From positions 33,583-97,582 of the forward strand of contig JBAUGX010000220.1 of NCBI GenBank assembly GCA_049679965.1: a stretch of 64,000 nt of DNA. Direction: 5' to 3'. The notes under the pieces were generated by a model, which was not told where the DNA came from, ran no database searches, and saw only the letters and a list, made by a program, of their open reading frames with translations. Position 1 is the first letter of the stretch, and each line of letters starts with the position of its first letter. This document shows positions 34,526 through 42,940 of the stretch, piece after piece. The position numbers and the translations under genes were made by a program. Source of the stretch: Vicinamibacterales bacterium. Lineage in GTDB: Bacteria > Acidobacteriota > Vicinamibacteria > Vicinamibacterales > CAVVIG01.

Positions 34526-36619
34526 ATGGACACACTTCAGGGCGCTCAGAATTTCCTCGCGGAGCCGGCGAACTCCGACACCGACCTGAGGGATCCTCGG
34601 CTGTACATCAACCGTGAGTTGAGTTGGCTGGCGTTCAACGAACGCGTGCTGGGACAGGCCCGCAACGAAGCCCATCCCCTCCTCGAGCGGGTGAAGTTTC
34701 TCGCGATTGCCGCCAATAATCTCGACGAGTTCTTCATGATTCGCGTCGCGACGCTCACGCGTCAGCATCGGATGGGCGTCGCCGCGTCTTCGCCCGACGG
34801 GCTCACGGTCGGCGAGCAACTGACGGCCGTCCGGGCCCGCGCCGAGCGGATGCTGCGAGACATCGAGGCGTGCTGGGCACGCGACCTGCGGCCGTTGCTC
34901 GCCGCGGCGAACGTCGCGTTTCTCGATCCGGCGCAATACTCAACGGCGGTGGCCCGCTATCTGGGGCAGTACTTCCGCGCCAGCGTCTATCCGGTTTTGA
35001 CGCCGTTGGCCTTCGATCCCGGGCACCCCTTCCCCTACATCTCGAATCGCAGCAAGAGCTTCGCCGTGGTGGTCGAAGACCGGGGCGCGACGAAGTTCGC
35101 CCGCGTGAAGGTGCCCGACGTGCTGCCGCGCTTCGTCCCGGTGCCCGCGTCGATCTCGGGCCGCGCGGGCCAGACGTTCGCCTTTCTCGAGGACGTGATC
35201 CATCTGAACCTCGGGGACCTGTTTCCCGGAACGACCATCCAGGGCGCCCACCTCTTTCGCATCATTCGCGACTCCGACATCGTGCTTCGCGAGGAGGAAG
35301 GTGAGGACCTGCTCGAGTCGGTGGATCGCAGCCTGAAGGAGATGCGTCACGGACCGATCACGCTGCTGCAGATCGACGCCGACATGCCGGAGCGCGTGGT
35401 CACGATCCTCATCGAGAATTTCGCACCGCACCAGCCCGTCGTGGTCCCGACCGGGACGCGCCTGGGCATCGCCGATTGGTTTGCGTTGACGCGAATCGAG
35501 CGGCCCGAACTGAAGGATGTGCCATTTGTGCCGAGCGTCATCTGGCGCGGCCTCGACCCTGAAGCGGTGTTCGACCGGATCAAGAACCGCGACCAGCTGG
35601 TCCACCATCCCTTCGATTCGTTCGCGGCGGTCGAGACCTTCCTTGACGCGGCCGTCGAGGACCCGCATGTGGTGGCCATCAAGATCACACTCTATCGAGT
35701 CGGGGGCAATTCGCCCGTCATCGATCGCCTGATCGAAGCGGCCGACCGGGGCAAGCAGGTCGCCGTGCTCGTCGAGCTCAAGGCCCGCTTCGACGAGCGA
35801 AGCAACATCGAGTGGGCGACCCGGCTGGAAGAGGCTGGGGTGCACGTGGTCTACGGTCTGGTGAGTCTGAAGACGCACTGCAAGCTCTGCCTGGTCGTCC
35901 GCCAGGAGGGAGATCGCGTCGCGCGGTACGTGCACGTCGGCACCGGCAACTACAACCGGACCACAGCCTCGATCTACACGGACCTGGGCCTGTTCACCGC
36001 GAACGAGCAGATCGCGGCGGATGTGTCGGATCTGTTCAACTATCTGACCGGCTACTCGCGCCAGACCGAATACCGTACCTTGCTCGTGGCCCCCGTCGCG
36101 CTGCGTGAGCAGTTCACGGCGCTTGTGGATCGCGAAATCGCGCATGCGGCGGCCGGCCGGCCCGCGGGGATCATCATCAAGAACAACTCCATCTCGGATC
36201 CCGACATCATCCGCCAGCTCTATCGCGCATCGCGCGCCGGGGTTCGAGTCGATGCGATCGTCCGGGGCATCTGCTGCCTCAGGCCGGGCATTCCCGCCGT
36301 GAGCGACAGGATTCGGGTGCGATCGATTGTCGGGCGGTTCCTGGAGCACTCACGCATCTACTCGTTCGAGAACGGCGGCGACACCGAGATCTACATCGGC
36401 AGCGCCGACCTCATGGAGCGCAACCTCAACCGCCGCGTCGAGGCGTTGTGTCCGATCCTCGATCCGGAAGTCCGCCGCTACCTCCGGTTCGAGCTGCTCC
36501 CCACGTACTTGCGGGACGACACCAAGGCCACGGTCCTTGGACCGGACGGACGCTACCAGCGGATCCACGACACCAAAGCCGGTACGGTCGATGCGCAGCA
36601 CATCTTGATGTCTCGATGA
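34526..36619 (+). CDS. ppk: Polyphosphate kinase 1
   Basis: ATG 34526. The N-terminus YINRELSWLAFNERVLGQA...LERVKFLAIAANNLDEFFMIRVA and the rest are canonical PPK1. Confidence 0.95.
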   Translation: MDTLQGAQNFLAEPANSDTDLRDPRLYINRELSWLAFNERVLGQARNEAHPLLERVKFLAIAANNLDEFFMIRVATLTRQHRMGVAASSPDGLTVGEQLTAVRARAERMLRDIEACWARDLRPLLAAANVAFLDPAQYSTAVARYLGQYFRASVYPVLTPLAFDPGHPFPYISNRSKSFAVVVEDRGATKFARVKVPDVLPRFVPVPASISGRAGQTFAFLEDVIHLNLGDLFPGTTIQGAHLFRIIRDSDIVLREEEGEDLLESVDRSLKEMRHGPITLLQIDADMPERVVTILIENFAPHQPVVVPTGTRLGIADWFALTRIERPELKDVPFVPSVIWRGLDPEAVFDRIKNRDQLVHHPFDSFAAVETFLDAAVEDPHVVAIKITLYRVGGNSPVIDRLIEAADRGKQVAVLVELKARFDERSNIEWATRLEEAGVHVVYGLVSLKTHCKLCLVVRQEGDRVARYVHVGTGNYNRTTASIYTDLGLFTANEQIAADVSDLFNYLTGYSRQTEYRTLLVAPVALREQFTALVDREIAHAAAGRPAGIIIKNNSISDPDIIRQLYRASRAGVRVDAIVRGICCLRPGIPAVSDRIRVRSIVGRFLEHSRIYSFENGGDTEIYIGSADLMERNLNRRVEALCPILDPEVRRYLRFELLPTYLRDDTKATVLGPDGRYQRIHDTKAGTVDAQHILMSR

Positions 36620-36664
36620 TATCCACCCCTTCCGGCCCGGGTCCCGTGCTGTCGCTACTTGTTC

Positions 36665-36704
36665 CGTTAACCCACATTTAACCCGGCAGACACGAGCCGT
36701 TAAC
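36665..36704 (+). promoter_or_regulatory. Phased GTTAAC-type Pho-box-like sites upstream of the orphan response regulator
   Basis: CCGTTAAC (36664), CATTTAAC (36675) and CCGTTAAC (36697) are offset by 11 and 22 bp. The last site ends 30 nt before ATG 36734. Confidence 0.4.
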
Positions 36705-36733
36705 TTGCCTGTCGTACGGTGGGCCATTCTGTC

Positions 36734-37447
36734 ATGCCCACTCCACATCGCATCCTGATCGTCGAGGACGAACGCGACATCGCGGGCCTCATCAAGCACA
36801 CGCTCGAGCGCACGGGCGAAGCCAAGGCCGACATTGTGTCGAGCGGCGATGCCGCGCTCAAGGCGATGACCGAGCGGCCGCCGGATCTCGTCATCCTGGA
36901 TCTCAACCTTCCGGTTCTCAGCGGTCTGGACGTCTGCCGGCATCTTCGTGCCCGCTCGGATCTCCGGCACGTCCCAATCATCATGTTGACCGCGCGCACG
37001 AGCGAAGACGACCGCGTCAGCGGTCTCGAGCTCGGCGCCGACGACTACATCACCAAGCCGTTCAGCCTGCGGGAGCTCACGGCACGCGTGCGGGCCGTGC
37101 TCCGGCGGACCGCGGCGCGCGACGAACAGCCCGCCACCGGGACGTATCGGGGCGAGCACATGAGTGCCGACTTCGACGCCGTGGCCGTGACGGTCGACGG
37201 CGCTGCCATCCGGCTGACGCGTCGCGAGTTCGAATTGCTGCGGTATCTGGTCCAGAACAAGAACAGAGTGATCTCGCGCGATCGTCTGCTCGAGCGTGTG
37301 TGGGGCTACGACCGCCTGATCGAGACGCGCTCGGTCGATGTCCACGTCGGCCGCCTGCGGACGAAGCTCAGGACCGCAGGACGGCAGATCGAGACCGTCG
37401 TCGGCCTCGGATACCGCTTCGTGGACGAACAGCCGGCATCATCGTAG
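36734..37447 (+). CDS. OmpR-family response regulator with no adjacent kinase
   Basis: A receiver domain (DLVILDLNLPVLSG) plus a winged-helix domain. An alternative GTG start lies at 36719. Confidence 0.85.
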   Translation: MPTPHRILIVEDERDIAGLIKHTLERTGEAKADIVSSGDAALKAMTERPPDLVILDLNLPVLSGLDVCRHLRARSDLRHVPIIMLTARTSEDDRVSGLELGADDYITKPFSLRELTARVRAVLRRTAARDEQPATGTYRGEHMSADFDAVAVTVDGAAIRLTRREFELLRYLVQNKNRVISRDRLLERVWGYDRLIETRSVDVHVGRLRTKLRTAGRQIETVVGLGYRFVDEQPASS

Positions 37448-37471
37448 AATCTGCGGCGAGGAGCCATCCCA

Positions 37472-37906
37472 ATGCCGCAGACCCAGGACTTCAAGCACCA
37501 CGCCCGTTTCTATCCGCCGTTTCACTTCTTCGTGATTCCCGTGCTCCTGCTCAACTTCCTGAACTCGGTGCGTCACCTCTGGTTGGACCCCAGGCAAGGC
37601 ACGGTGTTCACCTTGATCGTGGCCGCGGCGGTCCTGATGCTCGGGTTCGCCTCTCGCCTGATGGCGCTGACGGCCCAGGACCGGATCATTCGGCTCGAGA
37701 TGCGGCTGCGGCTCCGGGATCTCCTGCCGCCCGACCTGCGGAGTCGCATCGACGAGCTGACGCCTCAGCAACTCGTCGCGCTGCGCTTTGCCGGCGACGC
37801 GGAACTGCCGGATCTGGTCCGCGATGTGCTGGCGGGAAATCTGCCGACGCAGAAGAGCATCAAGCAGCGTGTCAAGAACTGGCAGGCGGATCTCTTGCGG
37901 GTGTGA
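37472..37906 (+). CDS. Hypothetical two-TM membrane protein
   Basis: The N-terminus HHARFYPPFHFFVIPVLLLNFL is followed by a second helix and a charged C-terminal domain. No function inferred. Confidence 0.5.
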   Translation: MPQTQDFKHHARFYPPFHFFVIPVLLLNFLNSVRHLWLDPRQGTVFTLIVAAAVLMLGFASRLMALTAQDRIIRLEMRLRLRDLLPPDLRSRIDELTPQQLVALRFAGDAELPDLVRDVLAGNLPTQKSIKQRVKNWQADLLRV

Positions 37907-37911
37907 GGCGA

Positions 37912-38409
37912 CTAGCCGATCCTCCGCAGCATTCTCGAGGTCAGGAACCACCGCAGCTCGCCGGGCCCTGACGGCGGAAGCGCGTCGAGGTCAATGCGGC
38001 ACACCGCACCTTTCCTGAACGGGACGGCGTGGCGGGATCCGATGAGGCGCGCCGTCAGCTCGCCGATTCCCGGCTCGTGCCCCACGAGGGCGATGCGCGT
38101 CCGCTTGGTGTGCTTCTCGAGTTCAGCGGAGACCGCCGCATAGCTTCCCCCGGGAGCGAGCGACTCGGCCGTCACGAGGGCAGGCCGGGCGTCGAACCCG
38201 GCCGCAACGATTTCCGCCGTCTGCCGCGCTCGAACGAGCGGGCTGGTGAGGATGACGTCGAAAGAGACACCGAGTTCCGCGAGCCCGCGAGCCGCCTTGC
38301 GGAGCCGCGACATGCCTTTTGCCGTCAGAGGCCGCTTGTCGTCGTCGGGCCACGCCTCGCCACGCTCCTCGGCCAGCCCGTGGCGAATCAGATACAGCTC
38401 AAAAGACAT
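37912..38409 (-). CDS. sixA: Phosphohistidine phosphatase SixA
   Basis: LYLIRHGLAE...RPLTAKG...ILTSPLVRARQTAEI is the histidine-phosphatase RHG motif with SixA length. Confidence 0.85.
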   Translation of the reverse strand: MSFELYLIRHGLAEERGEAWPDDDKRPLTAKGMSRLRKAARGLAELGVSFDVILTSPLVRARQTAEIVAAGFDARPALVTAESLAPGGSYAAVSAELEKHTKRTRIALVGHEPGIGELTARLIGSRHAVPFRKGAVCRIDLDALPPSGPGELRWFLTSRMLRRIG

Positions 38410-38412
38410 CTC

Positions 38413-38508
38413 AAAGGTAAGACTGAAAAGTAAAAAGGGAAAAGTGGAGAGCGAAGCGAAATCCCGGCTAGGTCCTTTTGAGTCTTAACTTTTCAGTTTT
38501 TCCTTCAG
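38413..38508. repeat. Paired heptad tracts: purine-rich arm (38413-38462) and pyrimidine-rich arm (38474-38508) around the CHAD stop codon
   Basis: Arm 1 contains TAAGACT GAAAAGT AAAAAGG GAAAAGT. The reverse complement of arm 2 contains GAAAAGT TAAGACT CAAAAGG. The same 7-mers therefore occur in inverted orientation. Confidence 0.65.
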
Positions 38509-39388
38509 CCCCGCCGCTGCGCCCGCTGAGTCGCGCCGCCAGTTCCGCGAGCGCGCCGCGGTCGCGCACGTAGCGACCATGCAGTCGCCGGCACTCGTCT
38601 TCGAGCGGAACGACGAGCGTGTCGAGTTCGCGCCAGACGCCGAGATCCGTCGGAGCTGGCGAGGCCTGCATCTGACGAACCCGGTCGATGAGCACCTGCA
38701 AATCATGGAGGCGCCCGAGCACGCCCTGCGTCCTTCGCAGGTGGTTCAGAGCGCCCGGCGCCTGACCGCCTGTGGTCTCGGCAGACACCTCGAGCGCGTA
38801 TCGCAGCTTCTTGACGGCAATACGCACTGTATGCAGGCGGTCGGGCAGGTACACCCCGGCGGCCGCTGAGATTGCCTCGGACAAGGTCGCCGCTCGCCGC
38901 GCGATCCGTGCCTCGATCGCCCATCGCCACGTGCGCGACGCGGCCCGAGGCGGCCGCGCGCCCGCCGACTCCAGCCGCCGTTCGATCCTCTCCAGCTTCG
39001 CGGCCACCCGGTGCAGCTCAGTCAGCGTCGATTTCGTGAGCAGCCGCGCGCGCGCCCGGCGGCGCTCATCGCCGACGGCCAGGGCGACACGGGCCAGGGC
39101 CGGCCTTGAGTACCTCCCGGTCGCCGCCAAATCGTCGACCACAGCCAACAGGACGTCAAGCTCGCGCACCACACCAAACCGATCGGTGACGTGTTTGAGC
39201 CGGCGCGCCAGCTTGTGGGTCGTCTCGGCGTCGAGCTGCAGCACGGGGAGCAGTTCACGAAGGCGGCGCGACGCCACACGCGCCCGATGGAGCGACCGGT
39301 CGTTGCCGGCCTCGACGCCGTGTAACATCCGTGTAAACCGGTCGCGGCGCTTGCGGAGGAGTTCGTAACGGTCCAGTGACGTCGGCAT
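38468..39388 (-). CDS. CHAD-domain protein (polyphosphate-granule associated family)
   Basis: Repeated basic helices are present (RVASRRLRELLPV, VRIAVKKLRYALE). Adjacent to ppx. Confidence 0.8.
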   Translation of the reverse strand: MPTSLDRYELLRKRRDRFTRMLHGVEAGNDRSLHRARVASRRLRELLPVLQLDAETTHKLARRLKHVTDRFGVVRELDVLLAVVDDLAATGRYSRPALARVALAVGDERRRARARLLTKSTLTELHRVAAKLERIERRLESAGARPPRAASRTWRWAIEARIARRAATLSEAISAAAGVYLPDRLHTVRIAVKKLRYALEVSAETTGGQAPGALNHLRRTQGVLGRLHDLQVLIDRVRQMQASPAPTDLGVWRELDTLVVPLEDECRRLHGRYVRDRGALAELAARLSGRSGGAEGKTEKLRLKRT

Positions 39389-39447
39389 GATATAGGAAGG
39401 CGACGAAGTCTGGGATTATAGTCGAGCCGGCCTTCGTCCATATCCAG

Positions 39448-41205
39448 ATGCTCATTGCCGCCATCGACATCGGCACCAACTCGCTGCACATGATCGTGGT
39501 GCGCGTGCGGCCCGACCTGTCGTTTGAAATCGTCGATCGCGAGAAGGAAATGGTCCGGCTCGGCGCGGGCGGACTCGACGGTCGCGCGCTCACGCCGGAC
39601 GCCATCCAGGCGGCCGTTCGCGTGCTATCGAAATTCCGACGTCTCGCGGAATCGCGCCAGGTCGACAAGATCGTCGCCGTCGCCACGAGCGCCGTGCGTG
39701 AGGCCGAAAACGGCGGGGAGTTCCTGCACGCCGTGCGCGAGCAGACCGGCATCCGCGCGCGCGTCATCTCGGGGACCGAAGAGGCGCGGCTCATTCATCT
39801 CGCCGCCGTCTATGGCGTCGGATCGGGAGATGTGGCCGTCGTCATCGACATTGGCGGGGGCAGTGTCGAGATCACGCGTGGCGGCACCACGGTCGAGCGC
39901 GGGCGGAGCTTCAAGCTCGGCGTCATCCGGCTGACCGAGCGGTTCGTCAAGAGCGATCCCCTGTCATCGCACGACGAACGGAAGCTGGTCAGACACATCT
40001 ACGCGGAAGCCGGCAAGTACCTGGATGATCTCGCCCGCGCCGGGTTCAATCGCGTCATCGGCACCTCGGGGACCATCCTCAGTCTCGGTGCGCTCGCCGG
40101 GCAGCAGGGTCGCGAGACAGACGCCGCACTTCGTAACCGTCGCGTGTCGGCCAGGCAGCTTCGCCGCGTCAAGAAGCAGCTGCTGCCGCTCTCGCTGGAG
40201 AGGCGCCTTCGTCTGGTGGGGCTCGAGCCGCGCCGCGCCGATCTGTCGGTGGCCGGCATCGTGCTCCTCGACGCGATTGTCAGGCGCCTTGGCGCTGATG
40301 AGATCACGCTCTGCGACCTGTCGCTGCGCGAGGGCCTGGTGCTCGACTACATCGCCCGGCACCGGAAGGAGATCGTCCAGGTCGATCGGTACCCTGACAT
40401 CCGCCGCCGCAGCGTGATCGAGCTGGCCGAGCGGTGCAACTACTGGCCCGAGCACGCCGCGCAGGTGGCGCGACTGGCCCTCACCCTCTTCGATCAGACG
40501 CGAAGCGTCCATGCCCTCACCGATCGCGAGCGGGAATGGCTGGAATACGCGGCCTTGCTGCACGACATCGGGGTCCATATCAGCTACGAGGGCCATCACA
40601 AACACTCGCACTATCTCATCAAGAACGGGGACCTCCGTGGCTTCGAGCCCCAGGAAGTCGCCGCCATCGCCCTCGTTGCCAGGTACCATCGGCGCGCGAC
40701 GCCCAAGCGCGAACACGATGAGTTCGCCGACCTCCCGCGGGAGCGCCGACGAACGGTTCGCACGCTCGCCGCGATCCTGCGGCTCGCCGAGACCCTTGAC
40801 CGTAGTCACTCACAGAGCCTCTCAGGCGTCGAACTCCACGATCGCGGCAAGGACGCGCTGCTGCAAGTGCGGACGAGCGGCGACGCCGAGCTGGAACTGT
40901 GGGCTGCGTCGCGCCAGGCCGTGCCGTTCGAGCGCCTGATCGGCAAGCCCTTGCGTATCGAAGTCGGGACCGCACAGGCCGAACAACCCCGCAGAACGCC
41001 ACGGATATCCGGGAAAGCCGTTCGTCGTCGAACGAATCGACGGATCGGGCAAGACGCCGCAGCTCGGGCTGCTGGCCAAGTGGCTGCGCGCGGAGGGGCA
41101 CCGCGTGTTCGTCACCGAATCGAACTCGTGCGCCCTGGTCAAGGCGGCGACCACGACCGGGAAGAAGAAGAACGCGCCGATCGTCTTCGCAGACAGGCCG
41201 GGTGA
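39448..41205 (+). CDS. ppx: Exopolyphosphatase Ppx/GppA; the last ~75 codons read through a decayed downstream gene
   Basis: The N-terminal ASKHA fold (IAAIDIGTNSLHM) and an HD-like region (LHDIGVHISYEGHHKHSHYLI). After ...RIEVGTAQ the ORF continues, out of frame, over a thymidylate-kinase-like sequence. Confidence 0.85.
   Translation: MLIAAIDIGTNSLHMIVVRVRPDLSFEIVDREKEMVRLGAGGLDGRALTPDAIQAAVRVLSKFRRLAESRQVDKIVAVATSAVREAENGGEFLHAVREQTGIRARVISGTEEARLIHLAAVYGVGSGDVAVVIDIGGGSVEITRGGTTVERGRSFKLGVIRLTERFVKSDPLSSHDERKLVRHIYAEAGKYLDDLARAGFNRVIGTSGTILSLGALAGQQGRETDAALRNRRVSARQLRRVKKQLLPLSLERRLRLVGLEPRRADLSVAGIVLLDAIVRRLGADEITLCDLSLREGLVLDYIARHRKEIVQVDRYPDIRRRSVIELAERCNYWPEHAAQVARLALTLFDQTRSVHALTDREREWLEYAALLHDIGVHISYEGHHKHSHYLIKNGDLRGFEPQEVAAIALVARYHRRATPKREHDEFADLPRERRRTVRTLAAILRLAETLDRSHSQSLSGVELHDRGKDALLQVRTSGDAELELWAASRQAVPFERLIGKPLRIEVGTAQAEQPRRTPRISGKAVRRRTNRRIGQDAAARAAGQVAARGGAPRVRHRIELVRPGQGGDHDREEEERADRLRRQAG
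41003..41197 (+). pseudogene. Remnant of a thymidylate-kinase-like P-loop kinase gene (no start codon, truncated)
   Basis: The frame shared with ORF 41105-41344 reads GYPGKPFVVERIDGSGKTPQLGLLAKWLRAEGHRVFVTESNSCALVKAATTTGKKKNAPIVFADR. No ATG/GTG/TTG lies between the upstream stop (40937) and the P-loop. Similarity ends after FADR. Confidence 0.6.
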
Positions 41206-41235
41206 CGACCGTGTGCCGGGATGCGCCTGGCGGCA

Positions 41236-41254
41236 GAGTTACGCACAATTTACA
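41236..41254 (+). promoter_or_regulatory. Weaker Pho-box-like site upstream of pstB3-phoU2
   Basis: GAGTTACGCACAATTTACA has half-sites GAGTTA (41236) and AATTTA (41247), 11 bp apart. It ends 44 nt before ATG 41298. Confidence 0.35.
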
Positions 41255-41297
41255 TTACCGAAACCGCTTGGAAACTCGACCGGGATAGCCTTCCCGG

Positions 41298-42170
41298 ATG
41301 CTTTTGCAGGATCCGCCTGCCGTGGCCGCCGGTGCCGAGCCTGAGAAGTCTGCAAAGCCGCTGAAGGCATCTGGAGCGCCGGAATCGATGACGAGCCCGC
41401 CTGTCCCCGCCGTGCCCGCCAAGATCGACGTCAGCGGGATGGACTTCTTCTATGGGGCCAACCGCGTGCTCCAGCAGATCGCCGTGCAGATGCCCGCGAA
41501 TCAGGTCACGGCGCTCATCGGACCCTCGGGCTGCGGCAAGTCGACGTTCCTGCGATGCCTCAACCGCATGAACGACATCATCCCTGGTACGCGCGTCGTC
41601 GGCTCCATGCGGATTGACAATCAGGACATCTATGCGCCCTCCGTGGACGTGGTCGACCTCAGGCGGCGCGTCGGCATGGTGTTCCAGAAGTCGAATCCGT
41701 TTCCCAAGTCGATTTTCGAGAACGTGGCGTACGGTTTGCGGATCAATCACCTCGTCGACTCACGCGCGGAAATGAGCAACCGGATCGAAGCCAGCCTGAA
41801 ATCCGCGGCCCTGTGGGACGAGGTCAAGGATCGCCTGCATACCTCGGCCATGGCGCTCTCGGGCGGACAGCAGCAGCGGCTCTGTATTGCACGGGCGCTG
41901 GCGGTCGAGCCCGAGATTCTGCTGATGGACGAGCCGGCGTCCGCGCTCGACCCCATCGCCACCCAGCGCATCGAAGAGCTCATCTATCAGCTCAAGACGA
42001 AGTACACGATCGTCATCGTGACCCACAACATGCAGCAGGCGGCGCGCGTGTCTGACATCACGGCGTTTTTCTGGCTGGGCAAGCTCGTCGAGTGCGACCG
42101 CACGAACAAGATCTTCACCGCGCCGTCACAGAAAGTGACCGAAGACTACGTCACCGGTCGATTTGGCTAA
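41298..42170 (+). CDS. pstB: Canonical PstB phosphate ABC ATPase (third PstB homologue)
   Basis: [35 protein letters not shown] and VTHNMQQA are all intact. An alternative ATG at 41388 would remove a 30-aa Pro/Ala-rich extension. Confidence 0.9.
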   Translation: MLLQDPPAVAAGAEPEKSAKPLKASGAPESMTSPPVPAVPAKIDVSGMDFFYGANRVLQQIAVQMPANQVTALIGPSGCGKSTFLRCLNRMNDIIPGTRVVGSMRIDNQDIYAPSVDVVDLRRRVGMVFQKSNPFPKSIFENVAYGLRINHLVDSRAEMSNRIEASLKSAALWDEVKDRLHTSAMALSGGQQQRLCIARALAVEPEILLMDEPASALDPIATQRIEELIYQLKTKYTIVIVTHNMQQAARVSDITAFFWLGKLVECDRTNKIFTAPSQKVTEDYVTGRFG

Positions 42171-42208
42171 CGCGCAGCCGGGGTGGGGCTCCGCTGCAAG
42201 GTTAAATA

Positions 42209-42895
42209 ATGGAATCTGCCGAAAAGGTTGTTCCGCATTTCCGCGAAGAACTCGAACAGCTCAAGGCGCGGCTGCTCGAAATGGGTGGCATGGCCGAAGA
42301 ACAGGTCCACCTGGCGGTCCAGGGGCTTGTCGGCCGCGACAGCGCGATGATCGAACAGGTGCTGCGCGGAGACGGTCCGCTCAATTCGATGCACATCGAG
42401 ATCGACAATCGGTGCTTCATGCTGTTGGCGCTCCATCAGCCGATGGCCGCCGACCTGCGCACGATCGTGTCGGCCGTGAAGATCAACACCGATCTTGAGC
42501 GGGTGGGCGATCTCGCGGTCAACATCGCTGAGGCCGCGATGCGCTACACCCAGCACCCGCCCGTCAAGAAGCTGATCGACATCCCGCACATGGCGCGCAT
42601 CGCGCAGTCGATGCTCCGCGACGCCCTGGATGCCTTCGTCCGCCGCGACACCGACCTCGCCCAGCTGGTGCTGAACCAGGACGATGAGCTCGACGCGCTC
42701 AAGACGCAGCTCTTCCGCGAGCTGCTCACCTACATGCTCCAGGATCCCGCCACCATCGAGCCGGCACTGGACCTCATCCTGATTTCGCGCCACCTCGAAC
42801 GCATCGGGGACCATGCCACGAACATCGCCGAAGACGTGATTTTCATCGTTTCGGCCAAGGACGTGCGGCACCACGGCGCCGACCAGGACCGCTAG
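42209..42895 (+). CDS. phoU: PhoU (copy 2)
   Basis: Paired LERVGDLAVN and LERIGDHATN motifs. Follows pstB3. Confidence 0.9.
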   Translation: MESAEKVVPHFREELEQLKARLLEMGGMAEEQVHLAVQGLVGRDSAMIEQVLRGDGPLNSMHIEIDNRCFMLLALHQPMAADLRTIVSAVKINTDLERVGDLAVNIAEAAMRYTQHPPVKKLIDIPHMARIAQSMLRDALDAFVRRDTDLAQLVLNQDDELDALKTQLFRELLTYMLQDPATIEPALDLILISRHLERIGDHATNIAEDVIFIVSAKDVRHHGADQDR

Positions 42896-42899
42896 CCGG

Positions 42900-42911
42900 C
42901 CGCAATTGCGG
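42900..42911. other. Perfect 12-bp palindrome CCGCAATTGCGG between phoU2 and yacG
   Basis: Read directly, 5 nt after the phoU2 stop. TATACAAT follows at 42912-42919. Confidence 0.5.
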
Positions 42912-42940
42912 TATACAATCTGGGCAGGTTTCGGCCCTGC

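Noticed and set aside
39389-39447. The imperfect inverted repeat GATAT...GACGAAG / CTTCGTC...ATATC in the CHAD/ppx divergent region, considered as an operator
   Set aside because: Only the 7-bp inner arms pair, and the outer arms are asymmetrically spaced. It is too weak to call. The -10-like GGGATTATAG is noted instead.
39448-41344. A genuine Ppx-kinase fusion protein produced by programmed +1/-1 frameshifting
   Set aside because: No slippery sequence or stimulatory structure is evident at the junction, and the kinase-like part is itself truncated after about 60 residues. Gene decay or rearrangement is the simpler reading. A single-base assembly error cannot be excluded without reads.
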